The notes: generated from the letters alone by a model not told the origin. DNA of 64,000 nucleotides from an uncultured Ruminococcus sp. (GCA_946493775.1 CAMMBC010000005.1:3417-67416); one strand, 5' to 3'; positions 48,988 through 57,871 are shown, counted from the stretch's first letter. Translations and numbers: made by a program.

Positions 48988-49050
48988 GATAATAATCTCC
49001 TTTTTAATTTCAATTTTCCGGGGTTGCCCCCTTAGCTTACGCCGCGTAAA

Positions 49051-49560
49051 TTAAGCGGCGTCGTTCTCCTTGTCCACAACAGCCTGCAATGTAGCGGCAA
49101 GCTTCTGAATAGGACCCTGGAGCGAACCGACCAGCTGAGCGAGAAGCACTTCTCTTGAAGGAATCTTCGAAAGAGCCTTTACGCCTGCCTCGTCATAGAT
49201 TTCCTCGCCGATAAATCCGGCTTTAAGGTTGAACTTTTCACCGTTGCAGCTCTCGGAGAACTTTCCGAGAATTCTTGCAGGAGCAGTCTGATCCTCGCTG
49301 GAAACAGCGATAGCGGTCGTACCCTCCAGCACGCTTGTAAGTCCCGAAAGACCCGCGTTCTCCATTGCGAAACGAAGCATTGTGTTCTTTTCTACAAAAT
49401 AAGTTACGCCAGCCTCACGCAGCTCCTTACGAAGCTTTGTGTCCTCCTCAACGGTAATTCCTCTGTAGTCAACGAGTACGCCGGCTGCGGAATTCTTGAG
49501 AAGCTCGGTCAGCTTTTCAACCTTTTCCTGCTTTGCGAGCAGAACCTTTTCACTTGGCAT
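49051..49560 (-). CDS. rplJ: 50S ribosomal protein L10
   Basis: MPSEKVLLAKQEKVEKLTELLK... The ATG at 49560 follows AGAGGTG. Confidence 0.9.
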   Translation of the reverse strand: MPSEKVLLAKQEKVEKLTELLKNSAAGVLVDYRGITVEEDTKLRKELREAGVTYFVEKNTMLRFAMENAGLSGLTSVLEGTTAIAVSSEDQTAPARILGKFSESCNGEKFNLKAGFIGEEIYDEAGVKALSKIPSREVLLAQLVGSLQGPIQKLAATLQAVVDKENDAA

Positions 49561-49736
49561 GATAATTTCACCTCTTTGGAAAGCCGCAGAAACGGCTGTA
49601 AATTCGCAGCGCACTAAAAAGAAAAGTTCCTTTCATCAAAAGACAAAAGGAACATATAAGCAAAATTATTATTTGCTATTCCTCCTCGGTCGGACTTCCG
49701 CTTTCCAGCTGCCGACTGTCTTTAGATACGAATGCA
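49561..49736 (-). promoter_or_regulatory. rplJ 5' leader with a transcription attenuator (L10-leader-like)
   Basis: The leader is about 175 nt. It contains a hairpin guuccuuu...aaaggaac at 49626-49653 followed by UUUUCUUUUU, upstream of the rplJ SD. Confidence 0.55.
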
Positions 49737-49742
49737 AAAAAT

Positions 49743-49771
49743 ATTATATCAGATTAACTCCGAACTGTCAA
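49743..49771 (-). promoter_or_regulatory. Consensus sigma-A promoter of rplJ-rplL
   Basis: On the minus strand: TTGACA, a 17-nt spacer, then TATAAT, all perfect. Confidence 0.7.
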
Positions 49772-49880
49772 CAGTTTTTTTAAAACAAATATTAATTTTT
49801 TGTAAAACAATGTGCTTCCATTAAACGCCTTTATCGCCGAGACAGCATCATCTATAAAATGAGTTTAATCTCCCGTACAT

Positions 49881-49916
49881 ACAAAAGCGGCACCGGATAA
49901 TGCCGCTTTTGTATTA
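49881..49916 (-). terminator. Terminator after the 247-aa hypothetical gene
   Basis: 12-bp stem acaaaagcggca/tgccgcttttgt. Confidence 0.65.
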
Positions 49917-49925
49917 TTAACAGCT

Positions 49926-50669
49926 TCAAGCCGATTTCTCTTTCTTAACGTTTTCTCTCTTCTTTTTTCTCTTCTTGTTTTTCTTTATAAGCTTGAGCGG
50001 ATCTCCCAGTCGTTCCTTTGCCGCTTCTGTATCGACAACCGGCTCGGGAGTATTTTCAGTATGCATAGTCAGACTGGACATCTCCTGCAAAAGCATATTT
50101 CTTTCAAAGCAGTCTACGGCTTCCTCACAGGTAGAGGCTTCTCCGCTTTCAAGATAAGACCTGATCTGCTCAATATTTTTCATGTAGTCAAGCGACATGA
50201 AATCTACCCGCTTTTCAAGTCCCCTATAATAATCCTCTTTCTGGCGTACAAGCTGAACATCCCTGCTTTTAAGAAGCTCCAGCTGTTCGCTGATACCCTC
50301 GTTTACCTCAGTCTGATGCTTCTTTGCCTCCGAAAGCCGGAAATGCTGAAGGCATATCCCAAAAACCGCCAGAAGAACAAACGCCGACGCGCCGCCTATA
50401 ACAGAAATAAACAGCATATCCAAGCCCAGAAGCGCAATCATTGCACCGAACACCAACGCGCCCACAGCAAAACACAAAGCCACAGATTTTAATCTTTTGG
50501 ATTTAAGATTGAAATTCTTCTCAACATAAGCGTCGTCGTGTATATATGTTTTCAGGTATTCGCTGTTTTCCTTGTTTATTCTTATAGCATCCTCAAATTC
50601 ATAGTAACGTGCGAAATAGTTTTCCGCCTGATTTATTCTTTCAAGCTCAGTCATTTCAGCCATATTCAT
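49926..50669 (-). CDS. Hypothetical membrane protein with coiled-coil regions and a poly-Lys tail
   Basis: 247 aa with two central TM segments and a C-terminal KKNKKRKKKRENVKKEK tail. I recognise no family. Confidence 0.5.
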   Translation of the reverse strand: MNMAEMTELERINQAENYFARYYEFEDAIRINKENSEYLKTYIHDDAYVEKNFNLKSKRLKSVALCFAVGALVFGAMIALLGLDMLFISVIGGASAFVLLAVFGICLQHFRLSEAKKHQTEVNEGISEQLELLKSRDVQLVRQKEDYYRGLEKRVDFMSLDYMKNIEQIRSYLESGEASTCEEAVDCFERNMLLQEMSSLTMHTENTPEPVVDTEAAKERLGDPLKLIKKNKKRKKKRENVKKEKSA

Positions 50670-50872
50670 TACCTCTCCGAAATTGTTTCGCTTTTTAAAA
50701 CATTTCCATTTTCTTCGCTTAGTATATCACATTTATATAGAAATGTCAATAAGATCAGCACAATTTTTATATAAAATATTTAAGAAATAAATCCTTTGTT
50801 TTGAATGTCAGCTTTAATATTCCGGAGCAGTTATAGCTTCAGCGAAATTTTTCGTAAATTTTTTCGTGTATA

Positions 50873-50899
50873 TAAAAAGGAGCCGCCGAAGCGGCTCCG
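50873..50899 (-). terminator. Intrinsic terminator after rpsT
   Basis: Stem ggagccgc-ttcg-gcggctcc followed by a U run. Confidence 0.85.
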
Positions 50900-50911
50900 A
50901 GTTTACGGAAA

Positions 50912-51166
50912 CTAAGCGTTAAGCGACTTGGCCAGCTGAGATTTCTTTCTTGCAGCCTTATTCTTGTGCAGAATTCCCTTTGTGCAAGCCATATCAACCT
51001 TCTTAATAGCAGCCTTAACAACCTCTGCCTTGTTGTCAGCATTCTCTGCAACAGCAGCGTCAGCTTTTTTCAGAGCTGTCTTAAGATCAGACTTAATCAT
51101 TTTGTTCTTCAAAGTTTTTGCTTCGATAACCTTAACTCTCTTCTTTGCAGACTTAATGTTCGGCAT
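50912..51166 (-). CDS. rpsT: 30S ribosomal protein S20
   Basis: [13 protein letters not shown]... The ATG at 51166 follows GGGAGGTG. Confidence 0.95.
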   Translation of the reverse strand: MPNIKSAKKRVKVIEAKTLKNKMIKSDLKTALKKADAAVAENADNKAEVVKAAIKKVDMACTKGILHKNKAARKKSQLAKSLNA

Positions 51167-51441
51167 ATCGGCACCTCCCTCATTCTTTGTATAATTTTGC
51201 ACTCATTCGGATAAACTAACTGCACGACTGAGAGGAAATGCAGCAGTCATTTAAACAAGCCTTATGATTTAGTATAACACAAACCAAATTAAAATGCAAG
51301 GGCTTTTAACAAAAATTTTCACTGATTTAAGCATAAAAAATTGTGCATTATGCAGAAATACCGCAATATAGCGCCGTTTATTTAACGAATCGGACAGCCC
51401 TTATACTTATACATATTAAACTACGAAAGGCAGGAATTTGT

Positions 51442-52311
51442 ATGTCGATCCGCACGGACTTAGCTCTTGAATCTGCACAGCAGGTATCGCTGCATACTCA
51501 GCTGGAGGGTGTTTCCCAGCTGAGAAGAAGCTACAAAAACATCAAACTTGAAGTAACGGAAATAACGGTTGAAAGCGAAAAGGCAGCGCACCTTTTAAAT
51601 AAGCCGGCCGGCAGATATATAACAGTTGAAAGCACCGACGGTCATTTTTCTTCATACAGCGACTTTTTTGACGGCAGAGTAAAATGCATAGCAGATGAAA
51701 TCAAAAGACTATGCGATATTCCGGAAAAGGTACTGGTTGTAGGACTCGGAAACAGAGCGATCACTCCCGACAGCCTGGGTCCGTGCGTTTCGGAAAAAAT
51801 TTTTGCCACAAGGCATATCAAAAAACTCGCAAAAGACCTTGATACCTCCGACCTGTCCGACGTCGCGGTGCTCACAACCGGCGTAATGGCGCAAACGGGC
51901 ATTGAATCTTCGGCTTCTGTCAGAGCTATCTGCAATGAAATCTCACCCCAGCTGATCATTGTTATAGACGCGCTTGCCTGTTCGGAGCTGAGTCATCTCG
52001 GAACGACGGTTCAGCTATGCAACACCGGAATATCTCCAGGAAGCGGCGTGGAAAATGCGCGAAAGGAGCTTTCCGAAAAAACTCTTGGAATTCCATGCGT
52101 GGCCGTAGGAGTACCGACCGTTACGGATATGACTACTATCGCCCAGGCGGCGTCTGTAAATCCTCTGCCGGATGAATTTCAGGGAATGATCGTAACTCCC
52201 AAAACCATCGACAACCTTATATATAGAACCTCCGCAATGATCGCAGCTTCCATTAATAAGGTGCTTCATCCTGCTCTGACGTTTGAGGAAATACGTTCAT
52301 TGATCATGTAA
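51442..52311 (+). CDS. gpr: Germination protease (spore endopeptidase GPR)
   Basis: MSIRTDLALES..., GLGN..TPDSLGP and the IVIDALA pattern. Divergent from rpsT, as in other endospore formers. Confidence 0.85.
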   Translation: MSIRTDLALESAQQVSLHTQLEGVSQLRRSYKNIKLEVTEITVESEKAAHLLNKPAGRYITVESTDGHFSSYSDFFDGRVKCIADEIKRLCDIPEKVLVVGLGNRAITPDSLGPCVSEKIFATRHIKKLAKDLDTSDLSDVAVLTTGVMAQTGIESSASVRAICNEISPQLIIVIDALACSELSHLGTTVQLCNTGISPGSGVENARKELSEKTLGIPCVAVGVPTVTDMTTIAQAASVNPLPDEFQGMIVTPKTIDNLIYRTSAMIAASINKVLHPALTFEEIRSLIM

Positions 52312-52373
52312 ATCTTAGACTAAGATCGGATTTAGTCAAGTAAATTTTTTGTGAATTAATCTAAAAATACTTC

Positions 52374-52400
52374 CGAAAACGTTTTCTGAAAACGTAATCA
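52374..52400. promoter_or_regulatory. Tandem overlapping cre/LacI-type operator-like palindromes
   Basis: cGAAAACGTTTTCt has a perfect 12-bp palindromic core. It shares one T with TGAAAACGTAATCA, which has one mismatch to TGWAANCGNTNWCA. Confidence 0.45.
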
Positions 52401-52496
52401 TTCTATTTTCTATCATTTATTTGTCATAATCCACAAAAATCCAAGCCTTTTATATTGCAAGTTGCTGATTGACTAAAAATAATTGTTTTGTTATTA

Positions 52497-52525
52497 TTGA
52501 TATAGACGAAATATCTATGTAAAAT
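52497..52525 (+). promoter_or_regulatory. Candidate sigma-A promoter of the solute-binding protein gene
   Basis: TTGATA, a 17-nt spacer, then TAAAAT. Confidence 0.5.
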
Positions 52526-52579
52526 ATAGTGTTTTTGTGCAGGACAAATGGGTCCGTATTTTAAGGAGGTATTTTTTTA

Positions 52580-54019
52580 ATGAAATTAGCAAAAAAAATT
52601 ATGGCTGCGACGCTTGCGCTGACAATGACTGCTGGCATGGTTGCCTGCGGCGATAAGGACAATTCTTCTGACGGAAGCTCTGTTGCTCCCGGCGTGGATC
52701 TTAATGAGAGCCAGAAGCAGATAGTAGACGCTCACGCAAGCGATCTTCCTGACAAGGAATTGTCAAACAAAACAATCACATGGATGGCTCACTATGATAT
52801 CAACCCAACCGAAGGAAAGGTTAAGTCTCCTGCAATTCAGCTTTTTGAGACAAAATACGGCGGTACGATAGAATATAAGCAGACAACATGGGAAAACCGC
52901 TATACGGATCTTGCTGCAGCTGTAATGGCTAATGAATCTCCCGATTTCTTCCCTGCCGACGATATGGATACATTCCCTAAGGGCGCTATCAAGGCAATGT
53001 TCCAGCCAATCGACGATTATATTGATCTCGATTCCGAACTGTGGGCAGCTTCAAAGAGCGTTTGCGACTCGTTCATGTTCAATGGAAAGCATTACATTGC
53101 TGCAATCGAAGCTCAGCCTACATATGCCTGCATTTATAACAGGACCACGATAAACGAGAACGGATATGACGATCCTGCGGAGCTGTTTGCAAACGGCGAG
53201 TGGGATTGGGATGTATTTACTGAAATGTGTCTTGATTTCACAGACGCAGATCAGGATAAATATGCTCTTGACGGTTACTGGTACAGCAAGGCGCTTTCCG
53301 AAACAAGCGGCGTTCCTATGATCGGTCTTGAAGACGGAAAGCTTGTTCAGAATATGTCTGATCCTGCAATTGAAAAGGTTCAGGAAAGAATGTATAACCT
53401 CCAGAAAAACGGCGTTGTATTCCCTCGTTCTGAAAACAACTGGAAAACAAGAGGTGACGGAGCTAACGGCGAAGGACTTGGCTCGTATCTGACGCTGTTT
53501 ATTCCTATCGGACTCTACGCTATTGAGTGTCCTCCCGAATCCTGCACACCTTTCGGTGATATCGAAGCGGGCGAAGTAATGTTTGTTCCTATGCCTAAGG
53601 ATCCTGATTCGGATACAACTTACATTTCTGCAAGAGTTCACGGCTATGTTATCTGCACAGGTGCTCCTAATCCTGAGGGCGTTGCGGCATACCTTGACTG
53701 TGAGCAGGTTACAAATCAGGCTGAAGACATTAAGCAGATCACAACGGATACTCTTAAAAATGAGTATAAGTGGACTGACGAAATGATAGAGATGCGTGAA
53801 ACGCTTTATCAGATGGCAGCTGAAATTCCTGTATTCGATCTTCAGGATGGTGTTTCAGACGATCTTTCAACGCTTATGATGACAGTTTCTCAGGCAACGA
53901 TGATCTCCGGAGGCGGAGAAACCACATGGGCAGCTTGCCGTTCAGAAAACGAAGTCGCTGTTGAATATCTTATCAATGAGGCGAATTCTAATATTTCTGC
54001 AACTCCTACAGAAGACTAA
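52580..54019 (+). CDS. ABC transporter extracellular solute-binding lipoprotein (sugar type), with no adjacent permease
   Basis: MKLAKKIMAATLALTMTAGMVAC carries lipobox MVAC. 479 aa, SBP family 1-like. SD is AAGGAGG. Confidence 0.75.
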   Translation: MKLAKKIMAATLALTMTAGMVACGDKDNSSDGSSVAPGVDLNESQKQIVDAHASDLPDKELSNKTITWMAHYDINPTEGKVKSPAIQLFETKYGGTIEYKQTTWENRYTDLAAAVMANESPDFFPADDMDTFPKGAIKAMFQPIDDYIDLDSELWAASKSVCDSFMFNGKHYIAAIEAQPTYACIYNRTTINENGYDDPAELFANGEWDWDVFTEMCLDFTDADQDKYALDGYWYSKALSETSGVPMIGLEDGKLVQNMSDPAIEKVQERMYNLQKNGVVFPRSENNWKTRGDGANGEGLGSYLTLFIPIGLYAIECPPESCTPFGDIEAGEVMFVPMPKDPDSDTTYISARVHGYVICTGAPNPEGVAAYLDCEQVTNQAEDIKQITTDTLKNEYKWTDEMIEMRETLYQMAAEIPVFDLQDGVSDDLSTLMMTVSQATMISGGGETTWAACRSENEVAVEYLINEANSNISATPTED

Positions 54020-54036
54020 TATAAATTTTACCTGTT

Positions 54037-54068
54037 AAGCCGCAGTTGATTCTGCGGCTTTTTATTTT
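54037..54068 (+). terminator. Intrinsic terminator after the SBP gene
   Basis: Stem aagccgcag/ctgcggctt followed by TTTATTTT. Confidence 0.85.
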
Positions 54069-54140
54069 GCCTAAAAATTCAGATACTCGACAATTTGAAC
54101 ATGAAAATGCGACATCCCGCTCTATTTTTAATATATGCTG

Positions 54141-54320
54141 CGTCAGGCGGTCTGACAATTTTGAAACGTCATTTAAATCGGAGCAAAGCGTGATAAGCTC
54201 GCTTAATCACGCTTGCGACGATTGCAACCGTCGCTTGGGAGCTTTGCTCCTCAGTCTTTCGGTGGGGTATAATCCCCCACCGAAAGACTGAATGGAACCC
54301 GCCGCCTACAGAGGCGGGGG
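54141..54320. other. Densely structured non-coding element (possible unclassified ncRNA)
   Basis: Five parts. A hairpin at 54142-54156. A three-way junction closed by the perfect 10-bp helix ggagcaaagc/gctttgctcc (54180-54250), with inner helices at 54190-54210 and 54215-54234. An abutting perfect 17-bp hairpin at 54251-54291. A GC hairpin at 54298-54318. Confidence 0.45.
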
Positions 54321-54443
54321 ACATCGGCGACTTGGTTATATAAGCCGCACAAATCCGGATAAGGTTTGATTATTGCGAAAGGTATGACCTCTCATATTTT
54401 TGTTCTCTGAAGGTGAATTTTTGTATGATATTATAAAAAACTA

Positions 54444-54472
54444 TTGACAAAATCAATTAAGTAATATATAAT
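54444..54472 (+). promoter_or_regulatory. Consensus sigma-A promoter of the riboswitch and P-type ATPase unit
   Basis: TTGACA, a 17-nt spacer, then TATAAT, all perfect. Confidence 0.7.
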
Positions 54473-54481
54473 ATTAAATGT

Positions 54482-54598
54482 AAAAGAGAGTAGCTGGCGG
54501 AATTTCTTTGTTGAATTAATTCTGAAGGAATTCTGTTTATGTTTGCGTCAATACGGTCGGTAAGCCGATCCGCTGCATATCTAAACAGCGAGACTTTT
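54482..54598 (+). promoter_or_regulatory. yybP-ykoY (Mn2+)-like riboswitch aptamer
   Basis: AAAAGAGAGUAGCUGGCGG...GCGUCAAUACGG-hairpin-CCGCUGCAUAUCUAAACAGCGAGACUUUU. It shares the conserved GGGGAGUAGC-like, GUCAAU, ACAUA-like and AGCRAGAC blocks, and has a P1 pairing AAAAG/CUUUU. Confidence 0.7.
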
Positions 54599-54648
54599 AT
54601 TGAAATAATTGCTCAGTGCAGTTTTTCCAATAAACGTCTCGTTTTTTT
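54589..54648 (+). terminator. Riboswitch expression-platform terminator
   Basis: cgagacttttattg pairs with caataaacgtctcg (one mismatch), followed by T7. The 5' arm overlaps the aptamer P1 3' strand. Confidence 0.7.
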
Positions 54649-54760
54649 ATGCAAAAACTGCGCTGACATCTGTCCGGCAATAATTTACCCCGCTGCGACT
54701 ATTCGGCTGTTTTGCGGGAAAAATATTACCGGCGGACCACTATTGAAAGGAATGTTGTAA

Positions 54761-57352
54761 ATGAGCGAACGCTATCGCCAGAAACCAGAAGAGCTTTATT
54801 CGGAATTCGGTTCCTCCAAAAACGGTCTTACCTCTCAGCAGGCAGAGAAAAATTCCGAAAAGTACGGAAAAAATCAGATCTCAGAGGGCAAGAAGAAAAG
54901 TGCTCTGGTTATTTTTCTGGAACAATTCAAAGACTTTCTCGTAATAATACTTATAATTGCCGCGATCGTATCCGCCTGTATGGGGGATATTGAAAGTACG
55001 ATAGTTATCCTGGTAGTTATAACCATGAATGCAATACTCGGCACTGTTCAGACTCTTAAAGCCGAAAAATCCCTCAGCAATCTGAAAAAGCTGTCGTCAC
55101 CAAACGCAAAGGTAATGAGAAACGGCGAAGCTGTGATTATTCCTTCAGAAGAGGTTACCGTGGGCGATGTCGTCCTTATTGAAGCCGGAGATCAGATACC
55201 TGCGGACGGACGTCTTATCGAATGCGCTTCCGTTCAGGTAAATGAAAGCGCTCTTACAGGAGAAAGCCTCAACATCGACAAAAGCGTTGAGGATATCGAC
55301 AGGGAATGTCCCCTGGGAGACCGCGTAAATATGGTCTTTTCAGGCAGCTTTGTTACCTATGGACGAGGAAAATTCATTGTTACCAACATAGGAATGAATA
55401 CTGAGGTCGGTAAGATCGCCTCTCTTATTCAGAATGCAGAAGATAGAAAAACTCCCTTGCAGAATTCGTTGGACTCCTTCGGCAAAAAGCTGTCTATTGC
55501 TATCCTTATAATCTGCGCTCTTGTTTTCGGTCTGAGCCTTATTCAGGCAGACCAAATAAACTCCGGCGAGGTAATGAATTCGCTGATGTTCGCGATCGCC
55601 CTTGCAGTAGCGGCTATTCCTGAGGCATTAAGCTCTATAGTAACGATAGTACTTTCTTTCGGCACTCAGAAAATGTCCCGTGAAAACGCTATTATCCGCA
55701 AGCTTCAGGCAGTGGAAGGATTAGGCTCGGTATCGGTTATCTGCTCCGATAAAACAGGCACTCTCACCCAGAACAAAATGACCGTAAGAAAAATCGTTGT
55801 TGACGGTCATATAATTTCCGCCGAAGATTCCGATCCGGACACGGTTAAAGAAAAAAATCTTATAATCGCTTCGGTTTTGTGCAACGATTCACAGTGCAAG
55901 GACGGAGTTGAGATAGGAGATCCTACCGAAACTGCGCTTATAAACTTTGCCGCTTCCAAAAGCTTAAACGACGCCAAGATCAGAAACGATTACCCGAGAA
56001 TCAGCGAAATACCCTTTGATTCCGACAGAAAGCTCATGTCTACCCTCAACGTTGTAAACGGCGAAAATATAATGTTTACAAAGGGTGCGACAGACGTTCT
56101 GGTAGACAGGATGACCTGTTCTCACGAAACAAAGGAACAGATAAAGGCTCAGGTTTCGGAGCTTTCCGCTCAGGGACTCAGAATTCTCTGCTTTGCATCC
56201 AAAAAGTACAATGCTGCAAAAATAACGGTTGATGATGAATACGATCTCGATTTTATAGGTCTTATTGCAATGATGGATCCGCCGAGAGCTGAATCCAAGC
56301 AGGCCGTTGAGGAATGTAAAATGGCAGGAATAAAGCCTGTCATGATCACCGGCGACCATATTGTCACCGCATCGGCTATAGCAAAGGAGATCGGAATCCT
56401 CAGCGATTTTTCAGAAGCTGTAGAAGGTTCGGCGCTTGACGGACTCACAGATGAACAGCTTGTTGATTTTGTCAAGGATAAATCGGTATATGCCAGAGTT
56501 ACTCCGGAGCATAAGATACGAATAGTCAAGGCATGGCAGAGCAACGACAAGATAGTTGCCATGACCGGCGACGGAGTAAACGACGCACCCGCCCTTAAGC
56601 AGGCTGACGTGGGAGTAGCTATGGGAATTACAGGAACCGAGGTTTCAAAGGACGCTGCTTCTATGGTTCTTGCAGACGATAATTTCGCTACTATAATCAA
56701 AGCCGTTAAAAACGGAAGAAATATCTACGAAAACATAAAAAAGGCCATTCTTTTCCTGCTTTCCGGCAACCTTGCAGGAATTATCACAGTTCTGTTCTGC
56801 TCTCTCGGAGCTCTGCCCGTTCCTTTTGCAGCGATTCATCTGTTATTTATCAACCTTCTTACAGACTCGCTTCCGGCAATTGCTCTGGGGCTTGAACCTC
56901 ATACCGACAACGTTATGAAGCAGAAACCCCGCCGCGCCGGAGAAACTATTCTTACAAAACCCTTTATGCTGAGGATAGGCTATTCCGGACTGGTTATAAG
57001 CATTGCAACCATTACAGCATTCCTGCTTGGTAATCACTATATGGGCGCCGGCGCTGCAAGCACCATGGCGTTTGCAACACTGTGTATGTCAAGACTTTTC
57101 CACGGCTTCAGCTGCAAAGCCGACGAACCTGTTATTTTTACCAAAAGAATGTTCAATAACTCATTCGGCATACTCGCGTTTGTACTCGGAATGCTCCTTA
57201 TAAACTGTGTACTTCTTATCCCTGCTCTTTCAGGATTGTTCAAGGTCGTTAAGCTTTCGGGCGGACTTCTTGCCGCAACCTACGGATTAAGCTTCGGCTC
57301 TATGATAATAATACAGATCATAAAGGCTGTGGTTTTCAGGGTAAAAAAATAA
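54761..57352 (+). CDS. P-type (P2-like) cation-transporting ATPase, candidate Mn2+/Ca2+ exporter
   Basis: 863 aa with a Cation_ATPase_N-like start, DKTGTLT phosphorylation site, TGDGVNDAPAL hinge, IPEAL in TM4 and 10 predicted TM segments. Confidence 0.85.
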   Translation: MSERYRQKPEELYSEFGSSKNGLTSQQAEKNSEKYGKNQISEGKKKSALVIFLEQFKDFLVIILIIAAIVSACMGDIESTIVILVVITMNAILGTVQTLKAEKSLSNLKKLSSPNAKVMRNGEAVIIPSEEVTVGDVVLIEAGDQIPADGRLIECASVQVNESALTGESLNIDKSVEDIDRECPLGDRVNMVFSGSFVTYGRGKFIVTNIGMNTEVGKIASLIQNAEDRKTPLQNSLDSFGKKLSIAILIICALVFGLSLIQADQINSGEVMNSLMFAIALAVAAIPEALSSIVTIVLSFGTQKMSRENAIIRKLQAVEGLGSVSVICSDKTGTLTQNKMTVRKIVVDGHIISAEDSDPDTVKEKNLIIASVLCNDSQCKDGVEIGDPTETALINFAASKSLNDAKIRNDYPRISEIPFDSDRKLMSTLNVVNGENIMFTKGATDVLVDRMTCSHETKEQIKAQVSELSAQGLRILCFASKKYNAAKITVDDEYDLDFIGLIAMMDPPRAESKQAVEECKMAGIKPVMITGDHIVTASAIAKEIGILSDFSEAVEGSALDGLTDEQLVDFVKDKSVYARVTPEHKIRIVKAWQSNDKIVAMTGDGVNDAPALKQADVGVAMGITGTEVSKDAASMVLADDNFATIIKAVKNGRNIYENIKKAILFLLSGNLAGIITVLFCSLGALPVPFAAIHLLFINLLTDSLPAIALGLEPHTDNVMKQKPRRAGETILTKPFMLRIGYSGLVISIATITAFLLGNHYMGAGAASTMAFATLCMSRLFHGFSCKADEPVIFTKRMFNNSFGILAFVLGMLLINCVLLIPALSGLFKVVKLSGGLLAATYGLSFGSMIIIQIIKAVVFRVKK

Positions 57353-57553
57353 CCGTATTTTGTTGGGTTCGAGCTGAGATTTGAACGAAAATTCATAATT
57401 TGTGCAACACTCCCCATATAAAGCGGACTTTTTAATGCGAGTATACAAAATTGCCTTTTAAAATAAAAAAATTATCACCTAAGTCTTTATTTTTGCAAGG
57501 TTTGGTACTATAATAAAGCTGAGGGAAATTTAAAACTTTGGAGGGTGATTTGC

Positions 57554-57820
57554 ATGAACATTAAATCTATCGTCGAAAGGCTTTCTATGTGTGAGTTTGA
57601 AGATTTCTTTCCGCTTAACAGCAGACAGAACGATACGCGTAATCTGCTGATCAATACAGCGATATATCTTGCCGTAGCTATTGCCGCCGGACTTCTGACA
57701 GCGCTTCTGGGAGAAATTTTTATCCTCGGCGTGATAATAAAGATTATTTCATTTATTGCCGGCGCTTATGCTTTAGTTGGTATAGTTTCAGGATTGCTGC
57801 GCTATATGAAATATAATTAA
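57554..57820 (+). CDS. Small two-TM membrane protein, hypothetical
   Basis: 88 aa. The ATG lies 9 nt after GGAGG, and the gene has its own terminator. Confidence 0.5.
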   Translation: MNIKSIVERLSMCEFEDFFPLNSRQNDTRNLLINTAIYLAVAIAAGLLTALLGEIFILGVIIKIISFIAGAYALVGIVSGLLRYMKYN

Positions 57821-57832
57821 TATTACAGTAAG

Positions 57833-57863
57833 AGAGAGCGTAATTTCCGCGCTCTCTTTTTTA
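57833..57863 (+). terminator. Intrinsic terminator
   Basis: Stem agagagcg/cgctctct followed by T6. Confidence 0.8.
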
Positions 57864-57871
57864 TTTCAAAG

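Noticed and set aside
54046-54291. An 81-aa plus-strand ORF in the SBP-ATPase intergenic region.
   Set aside because: It has no SD and starts inside the SBP terminator. Its reading frame runs straight through the nested perfect hairpins, so the RNA or DNA structure explains the sequence better than coding does.
57365-57387. gggttcgagctgagatttgaacg, which resembles a tRNA T-arm or tRNA 3' end.
   Set aside because: No acceptor stem, anticodon arm or D arm can be built around it. It is too short to call a tRNA or tRNA remnant.
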